DNA of 64,000 nucleotides from a bacterium (GTDB lineage Bacteria; Electryoneota; Electryoneia; Electryoneales; Electryoneaceae): NCBI GenBank assembly GCA_020444425.1, contig JAHLLB010000001.1, positions 266,938 to 330,937 of the forward strand, read 5' to 3'. Shown piece by piece: positions 58,149 to 64,000 of this stretch (position 1 is its first letter; each line of letters starts with the position of its first letter). The notes under the pieces were generated by a model. It saw only the letters and a program-made list of their open reading frames with translations, ran no database searches and was not told where the DNA came from. The position numbers and the translations under genes were made by a program.

Positions 58149-59387
58149 GTGACGCTTCAACGCTCCTCCCGCATCCTCGTTCTGACCCTCGCCGTGGCCG
58201 TGTTGTTGAACGGCTGCGCGTCGAAAGGGCTGCTCACCGACCGTTACGACGCGGACGAGATCGCCGTACCTCGACTGTTGCCCGAGGATCTGCACAACCA
58301 TAACCCGCGCTTCATCGTGATCGGAGATGAACAGAAGGGCCGCAGCGTCATCGAGGATTTCTACCGCAAGGAAAACTGGGCGACCTGGTGGCAGTTGGCG
58401 GTTCCGTTTTACCAGATCTACCTGCTGTACAACGGCATCTCCGGCGGGATCAATTACCTCCGCCACGTTCCAGATGCCGGCGACGAAACACGTACAATGA
58501 TGCGGGACGTGCTGTATCGTGACGTGAAAGAGCTCGGTGCGACGTTCGTCCTCGAAACGGGTGACATCGCGGCGGCTGATGGCCGCTATCCTGACCACTG
58601 GGAGGTGTTCCTCGAGGGCAAGAAGTGGTCGCATCCGTTTTTATCTGAAATTCCCTACGTGCCCACCATCGGCAACCACGAGTGGGCCAACGATACGACC
58701 TATGCGTGGCCGAACTACCAGGCGGTATTCGACTACCCGCGTTTCTACGCGCTGGAGTTCAAGTCCGCGGTGCTGATCGTGCTGGATTCAAATTTCCTCG
58801 TTGACCAGTGGGAGCTGATCCCGGACGACGAACAGGAAACGTTGTACAAGGAATGGTTTGTCAGCGGTGAGGGCAGCTCGTGGCTGGAACAGACTCTGGC
58901 CAAGTATGCTGATAAACCGTTCAAGATTGTCAGCATGCACCACCCCCCCATTACGTATGGCTGGCACTGGGTTGACTGGTACAAGGATCATTTTGGCCGT
59001 AACCTGACAGACAAGCGCCGCGACCTGTTGCAGCTGTTCGCAGACAACGGTGTGCAGGCGGTATTTTCCGGGCACGAGCACGTTTACCAGCACAACCCGA
59101 CGCACCTGCTGTCCGGCGGAGACACGCACACTATCCACTTCTACACCAGCAGTGGCGGTGGCGTGCCGATCCGTTCCGCGCCACCTGTCGAGCAAGTAGA
59201 GGAGTTGCGCTACAAATACCGCCAGGAAGGGCTGGGCGCTCATCAACCGACGATCTTGAGTGAGTATCATTACTGTCTGGTGTCTGTCGAGGGTGACCGG
59301 TTGATCATTGACACGATGGTCGTTGACAGTGAAGACTCCGAGCACGAATCGAGCCTGTTTGAACGGACGGTGATAGACGCACCCTGA
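58149..59387 (+). CDS. Calcineurin-like metallophosphoesterase (purple-acid-phosphatase-like) lipoprotein
   Basis: ORF 58053..59387 overlaps the upstream gene. The likely start is GTG at 58149 after GGGAGGAA (VTLQRSSRILVLTLAVAVLLNGC, lipobox LLNGC). Metallophosphoesterase motifs GDIAAADG, IGNHEW, VSMHHPP and SGHEHVYQHN. Confidence 0.65.
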   Translation: MTLQRSSRILVLTLAVAVLLNGCASKGLLTDRYDADEIAVPRLLPEDLHNHNPRFIVIGDEQKGRSVIEDFYRKENWATWWQLAVPFYQIYLLYNGISGGINYLRHVPDAGDETRTMMRDVLYRDVKELGATFVLETGDIAAADGRYPDHWEVFLEGKKWSHPFLSEIPYVPTIGNHEWANDTTYAWPNYQAVFDYPRFYALEFKSAVLIVLDSNFLVDQWELIPDDEQETLYKEWFVSGEGSSWLEQTLAKYADKPFKIVSMHHPPITYGWHWVDWYKDHFGRNLTDKRRDLLQLFADNGVQAVFSGHEHVYQHNPTHLLSGGDTHTIHFYTSSGGGVPIRSAPPVEQVEELRYKYRQEGLGAHQPTILSEYHYCLVSVEGDRLIIDTMVVDSEDSEHESSLFERTVIDAP

Positions 59388-59448
59388 CGGACCCGGCCCA
59401 ATTGATCTGCCAATCGCACTGCAATCGTTTCAAGGGGATAACGATCGA

Positions 59449-60783
59449 ATGACCAACCCATTCCAGGTGATTTCGGGGATCAAGCGCAAAGAACTGCCGC
59501 TGGCGCTGCTGATGTTTGCTTACTTTTTCCTCGTGATCTCGAGTTTCTGGATTCTTAAGCCGATCAAGAAGTCGCTGTTCATCTCGTACTACGACGTTGG
59601 CGGCTTCAACCTGTTCGGCTGGCTGATGACGGCGTCGCAGGCCGAGCTGCTGGCAAAAGTGCTGAACATGCTCGTCGCGGTGGTTGCGGTGACGGTGTTC
59701 ACGTTGCTTGTGCGACGCATGCGGCGGCAACAGCTGACCTATGTCTTCTCCGCTTTCTTCATCATCAGTTACGGCTTCTACACCTTCCTGCTGGCCAACC
59801 TCAGCGGCGCAGTCGTGTGGTCGTTCTACCTCTTCGGCGATCTGTACAGCACGTTGATGGTCGCCACTTTCTTTGCATTCATGAACGACAGCGTCACGGC
59901 CAACGAGGCGAAACGGATGTACGGCCTGGTGGTGCTGGGCGGCGTCACCGGCGGCGTGTTCGGTACCAGTTCGCTGCGGCTGTGGATTGACGCGCTTTCG
60001 TCGTCCCAGTGGATGTGGGTTTTGATGGTGGTCGCGTTTATCATCCTGATGATTGCCTATGCGGCAGGCCGGCTCGTGGAAACTCGGCCGCTTGCTGCCG
60101 CCCCCACAGCGGCGCCGAAACCGGCGAACGAGGAGAAGAAATCGTCCAGCCGGAATGCTGCGTTCGAGGGAGCCGCACTGGTGTTCCGCAGCAAGTATTT
60201 GCTGTCGATTGTCGCGATTGTCGGGTTGTACGAAATCGTCAGCACCATCCTCGACTTCCAGTTCACCGCGACGGTGGCCCATTACAAGGACGGTGCTGCG
60301 ATTGGCGAACACTTCTCGACGGTGTTCGCGATCACCAACTGGACCTCGCTGCTGGTACAGTTCTTCCTCACGTCGATTATTCTGTCACGGTTCGGAGTAA
60401 TGGTCGCCCTGTCCATTCTGCCGATGATCATGATTTTTGCGTCCGGCGGGTTCCTCGCCGTGCCGATCCTGTGGATGGGCAGCATGCTGAACACGGCGGA
60501 CAACGGCTTCAGCTATTCGATCAACCAGTCGGCAAAGGAAACGCTGTACGTGCCGACCGACCGGGACACGAAATACAAGGCGAAAGCGTTCATTGACATG
60601 TTTGTGCAGCGGTTCGCCAAGGCGATAGCGGTCGGGGTGTCGTTGCTGGTGACCAGCATCTTCGCATCCTTCGGCAGTATCCGCTGGCTGTCTTTGTTCA
60701 CGATTGCGATTGTCGTGCTGTGGTTGATCGCGGTACGTTATGCGGGACGGGAGTTCAAGCGGATGACGCAGGAATCGAAGTAA
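59449..60783 (+). CDS. Tlc/NTT-family (ATP:ADP antiporter-like) or related MFS-type nucleotide transporter
   Basis: 444 aa, about 12 TM segments. N-terminal LLMFAYFFLVISSFWILKPIKKSLFI resembles the conserved Tlc N-terminus. Paralogous to the partial gene at 62805. Confidence 0.5.
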   Translation: MTNPFQVISGIKRKELPLALLMFAYFFLVISSFWILKPIKKSLFISYYDVGGFNLFGWLMTASQAELLAKVLNMLVAVVAVTVFTLLVRRMRRQQLTYVFSAFFIISYGFYTFLLANLSGAVVWSFYLFGDLYSTLMVATFFAFMNDSVTANEAKRMYGLVVLGGVTGGVFGTSSLRLWIDALSSSQWMWVLMVVAFIILMIAYAAGRLVETRPLAAAPTAAPKPANEEKKSSSRNAAFEGAALVFRSKYLLSIVAIVGLYEIVSTILDFQFTATVAHYKDGAAIGEHFSTVFAITNWTSLLVQFFLTSIILSRFGVMVALSILPMIMIFASGGFLAVPILWMGSMLNTADNGFSYSINQSAKETLYVPTDRDTKYKAKAFIDMFVQRFAKAIAVGVSLLVTSIFASFGSIRWLSLFTIAIVVLWLIAVRYAGREFKRMTQESK

Positions 60784-60836
60784 GAACGGACCGTGCGTGA
60801 TCCGGTTATTGATAGAGGAATCTGGCACAGGAGGTC

Positions 60837-61568
60837 GTGATGAAGTCGTCTCGCTGGTTTGTGATCGGATTGGTTCTCGTGCTTGGAATCGTGCTGCTAC
60901 GGCCGGTGCCAGCGCTCTCCCAGAACCGCGGCTGGGAGCGTTTTTATGAAGAGAATCTCGACCACTTCGTGCAATTCGGCCTCGAGAATGGAGTAAACCT
61001 CGCGTGGGCGCACCGATTCCAGGAAACGAACTTCCTTCGCTATGGGTTGGATCTGCGTCTCCAGGACGGAACCCGTGACAACAAGTGGGTGATGCCGGAT
61101 ACGACCACGTGGCAGAACGAATCGACCGATCAGTTCAACGTTCGGCTGCACGTGGATTACCTCAAGCCGGTCTACCCGTATGAGGCGGTGCGGCTGTACA
61201 TCGGGGCGGGACCGTTGTTCGGCCTGACCTGGTCCAACGACGAAATTTCGGAGCCAGTGGATCCAAACCTCGGCCTGCCGAACGAGAAACGCACGCTCGA
61301 GTACCAATCGTGGGAGATGGGCGCGCGGGCACTGGTCGGTGGTGAATATGCCCTCAACAGCCGCCTCAGCTTCTTCGCTGAGGTCAGCTTCGATGTGACC
61401 CATATCTGGTCGAAGACAGAGCAGAACCGGGATGACCTGCGTTACGACACCGGCACAGACTCGTACAGCATGGAACACTCAGTGTACACCGTCGAGAACA
61501 AGGATTGGGACATCGACATGAGCAACGTGATGATCGGCGTGACCTTCCGTTACGGCGAGGCACCCTGA
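60837..61568 (+). CDS. Small outer-membrane beta-barrel protein (OmpW/OmpX-like size)
   Basis: 243 aa with a signal peptide. Alternating beta-strand pattern. C-terminal MSNVMIGVTFRY. Paralog of 61928..62647. Confidence 0.5.
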   Translation: MMKSSRWFVIGLVLVLGIVLLRPVPALSQNRGWERFYEENLDHFVQFGLENGVNLAWAHRFQETNFLRYGLDLRLQDGTRDNKWVMPDTTTWQNESTDQFNVRLHVDYLKPVYPYEAVRLYIGAGPLFGLTWSNDEISEPVDPNLGLPNEKRTLEYQSWEMGARALVGGEYALNSRLSFFAEVSFDVTHIWSKTEQNRDDLRYDTGTDSYSMEHSVYTVENKDWDIDMSNVMIGVTFRYGEAP

Positions 61569-61927
61569 TATCACGCTGATTGCTTGCTGCGACATTATTC
61601 CGTGCGTGATCCAGATCCGGGTTATGCACGTTTTCTCTCTCCGTGTTGCTTTGCATTCACGCTTGTGTGTTGTTTGCCCCACGCCTGATCCATCGCGTGT
61701 TTGCATGAAGCTCCATCGCCAGCCGTCAAGGAGAATTCGCAATTCCGTCACATAAGCGAAGTTCGAAGATAGATTGTTGCGGATCGGAGACATTGGCATC
61801 TCCTTTGCGAAGAGTTCAAGCGAATTCGGAGGGAACGAAAATCGTTTTCAAGCGTTTATTTAAGTTTATGGAACACGAACCAGGACGATAGATCCGGAGG
61901 GACTTGTTTAACCAAGAGAGGGGCATC

Positions 61928-62647
61928 ATGAACACGAAGCATGGTTTACTGACAGGAATCATTATACTCTTACTGTTGGTAATGGCCTTACCCGTATCTG
62001 CGGGGTTGTTTGAAGACGATGAGGTGTACTACAGTGATGACCACCCGAACATGATCCAGCTCGGGTTGGATGAAACGGTCACACTGGCGTGGGCACACCG
62101 TGCGTTCGGTGATTACCTGATCCGTTACGGTGTCGACCTCAACTACTGGGGCGCGGACGAAGAGGAAACCCGGACCTACCCGGCCCCAGACACCACACTG
62201 TTCTATGAAGGCGAGGGCCACGACTACTACACCAGCCTGCATATCGATTTCATCAAGCCGTTCGAACCGTACAAGCAGGTGCGTGTCTATGTCGGCGGTG
62301 GTCCGTTCTTCAGTTGGGGCGACCGGGAAACGCGCGACAAGGTGCTGGTCGATCCGGACTATGGTTTGCCTGACTATTACAACAAATACACGGCGCAAAA
62401 CAAGCGGGCCGGCGTACGTGCGCTGGTCGGCGGTGAGTTCGCGGTCAATCAGCGTGTCGGCATCTTCTTCGAAACTGGATTCAATGCCTACATGCAGTGG
62501 AGTGAGTATGATACCTACGACCGGCAGGTCCTGTACAACCCTGACACTGAGTCGTATTACTACGGCGACTATTCGCGGGAGAGTGACTATTCCCGTTGGA
62601 ACGTCAACATGTCCAACGTGATGGTCGGCATCACCTTCCGCTACTAG
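61928..62647 (+). CDS. Small outer-membrane beta-barrel protein, paralog of 60837..61568
   Basis: ORF 61904..62647. The likely start is ATG at 61928 (MNTKHGLLTGIIILLLLVMALPVSA). Shares LAWAHR, RYG(L/V)DL, VGGGP(L/F)F, RALVGGE(Y/F)A and the terminal MSNVMVGITFRY* with its paralog. Confidence 0.5.
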   Translation: MNTKHGLLTGIIILLLLVMALPVSAGLFEDDEVYYSDDHPNMIQLGLDETVTLAWAHRAFGDYLIRYGVDLNYWGADEEETRTYPAPDTTLFYEGEGHDYYTSLHIDFIKPFEPYKQVRVYVGGGPFFSWGDRETRDKVLVDPDYGLPDYYNKYTAQNKRAGVRALVGGEFAVNQRVGIFFETGFNAYMQWSEYDTYDRQVLYNPDTESYYYGDYSRESDYSRWNVNMSNVMVGITFRY

Positions 62648-62804
62648 ATCCCATCTACACGACATACTCTGAACGCGCCCAATCGCGATTCAGACTTCAC
62701 CCGGCTCCCGGATAGCCCCATGCACGGTTCGGAGCCGGGTGATTCACGTTGTACCTTGCCGTGCGAGTCGAACCCCGAATTTGCAGACAGACGAATCCGT
62801 CACC

Positions 62805-64000
62805 ATGCAAAAACCCCTGTTGCGCAAAGCACTCAACCTTGAGCCCGGTGAGGGAAAACGGGCGGCGTTGATGTTCAGCTACATCTTTCTGCTGATCGCG
62901 ACGTTGCTCGTGGTCAAGCCGGTGCGCAACTCGCTGTTCCTCACCCATTTCGGCATCGAGATGCTGCCGTACGCGTTTCTGCTCGTGGCGGTGGTATCCG
63001 GGCTGTTTGTCGCGATCTACACCCGTATTGCGAACAAGATCCGGCTTGATCGATTGATCCAATACACGTTGGGAAGCAGCGTCGGAACGATTATCGTACT
63101 CTGGCTGCTCTTGCAACTACACTACGAAGCCGGCTGGTTCTTCTTCCTTTTGTATGTCTGGGTAGCGATCTTCGGCGTGCTGGTTACGACGCAGTTCTGG
63201 TTGCTCGCGAACTATGTGTTCAACGTGCGCGAGGCAAAACGCATTTTCGGTCTGCTCGGCGCGGGTGGAATCGCTGGCGGGATCTTTGGCGGCTATTTCA
63301 CGAACATTCTCGCTCCGTTTGCCGGCAGCGAGGATCTGCTGCTGTTCGGCGCGTTGTTCCTGATCGGGTGCATGGTGCTGGTACAATTTGTCTGGACCAC
63401 GGGCGCCCAGGAAACGTACCGCGAACAGACTCAGCGCCGCCGCAAACGGCAGAGCGCGGACCTCGACGGCACGAATCCGATGCGAATCGTGTTCGGCAAC
63501 CGTTATCTCAGCCTGCTTGCAACCCTGATCGGGGTCGGTGTCATCATCGCCAACCTCGTTGACTACCAGTATAGCGCGATCGCGACCTCGGTGATCACGG
63601 ACGAGGACAAGCTGACCGCGTTCTTCGGGTTCTGGCTCTCAACGTTGAGCGTCTTCTCGCTGGTGATTCAGCTGCTGCTGACCAGCCGTGTCCTGCGCCG
63701 TTATGGTGTGGGCGGCTCCCTCTACTTCCTCCCCGGAGGTATCCTCGTTGGTTCGATCATGGTATTGATCTCCGGTGGGTTGACCTCGGCGGTGATGATC
63801 AAATTGTTCGAAGGCGGATTCAAGCAGTCGATCCACAAGGCCGGGCTCGAACTGCTGTGGTTGCCGATTCCGACCTCGGTGAAAAACCGGGTCAAGGCGT
63901 TCATTGATGTCTTCGTCGACAACACCGCCACCGGCATCGGCGGGTTGTTGCTGATTCTGCTCGCCGATCAGCTCGGCTGGGGTATTGGCGGTGTCAGCGG
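62805..64000 (+). CDS. Tlc/NTT-family transporter paralog, 5' part (gene runs off window end)
   Basis: My own translation from ATG at 62805: MQKPLLRKALNLEPGEGKRAALMFSYIFLLIATLLVVKPVRNSLFLTHFGIEMLPYAFLLV...KAFIDVFVDNTATGIGGLL. It parallels 59449..60783 (KPIKKSLFI / KAFIDMFVQRFAKAIA). Confidence 0.5.
   Translation, partial: MQKPLLRKALNLEPGEGKRAALMFSYIFLLIATLLVVKPVRNSLFLTHFGIEMLPYAFLLVAVVSGLFVAIYTRIANKIRLDRLIQYTLGSSVGTIIVLWLLLQLHYEAGWFFFLLYVWVAIFGVLVTTQFWLLANYVFNVREAKRIFGLLGAGGIAGGIFGGYFTNILAPFAGSEDLLLFGALFLIGCMVLVQFVWTTGAQETYREQTQRRRKRQSADLDGTNPMRIVFGNRYLSLLATLIGVGVIIANLVDYQYSAIATSVITDEDKLTAFFGFWLSTLSVFSLVIQLLLTSRVLRRYGVGGSLYFLPGGILVGSIMVLISGGLTSAVMIKLFEGGFKQSIHKAGLELLWLPIPTSVKNRVKAFIDVFVDNTATGIGGLLLILLADQLGWGIGGVS

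Noticed and set aside
59305-60312. 335-aa minus-strand ORF
   Set aside because: Antisense to the Tlc-like transporter. Its His/Arg/Gln-rich product is not membrane-like.
1-64000. Mobile elements, tRNA, rRNA
   Set aside because: No transposase, integrase or recombinase-like ORF and no cloverleaf-capable ~75-nt GC-balanced segment was recognised by eye. Absence is by inspection only.

Overview
High-GC (~60-65%) bacterial chromosomal window with a dense cluster of Bacteroidota/FCB-type type IX secretion (T9SS) cargo proteins, so an FCB-superphylum organism is the likely source. All gene calls rest on reading the supplied six-frame translations for family motifs; no database search was run. Calling the T9SS tail as T9SS type A (Por_Secre_tail/TIGR04183-like) is by motif recall only.

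Main content, in order:
- T9SS cargo cluster (4.8-18 kb, minus strand): five consecutive secreted proteins carrying near-identical ~90-aa C-terminal T9SS sorting domains (YPNPFN...GLYFVRA..K[LV]MLVR). One is Fn3-like, two are FG-GAP/VCBS beta-propeller proteins, and two are paralogous streptopain-like C10 cysteine peptidases with an N-terminal inhibitor-like propeptide.
- Na+-translocating methylmalonyl-CoA/oxaloacetate-type decarboxylase operon (18.2-23.6 kb): carboxyltransferase alpha, OadG-like gamma, biotin carrier and membrane beta subunits, interrupted by a lower-GC lipoprotein gene.
- Housekeeping and stress genes: sodC, a beta-carbonic anhydrase, mutS2, a YbgF-like TPR protein, an M23 peptidase, valS, recG, a hemolysin-III family protein, and a hicB-hicA toxin-antitoxin pair whose hicA is frameshifted.
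- A four-gene minus-strand envelope operon: a His-rich NifX-like protein, two glycosyltransferase-like proteins, and a 1257-aa HExxH-peptidase/PD40/Omp85-barrel protein.
- A signalling island: sigma54 activator, PstS-like domain protein, multi-PAS histidine kinase, hybrid response-regulator/kinase, outer-membrane proteins, and a metallophosphoesterase.
- Two paired modules, each a Tlc/NTT-like transporter next to a small outer-membrane beta-barrel.

Non-coding structure is unusually rich:
- A 0.9-kb tandem array of ~207/237-bp hairpin-rich units.
- A dispersed family of GGGGACACTT-loop-AAGTGTCCCC palindromes, one sitting in-frame inside valS.
- Heptanucleotide tandem repeats with a different unit at roughly ten intergenic sites.
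- A direct/inverted repeat array upstream of a C10 peptidase gene, and a perfect CRP/FNR-type palindrome.
- A sharply low-GC (~35%) gene fragment at the window start.

No rRNA, tRNA, CRISPR array, transposase or integrase was recognised. Many long ORFs in the supplied track are antisense artefacts of the high GC.
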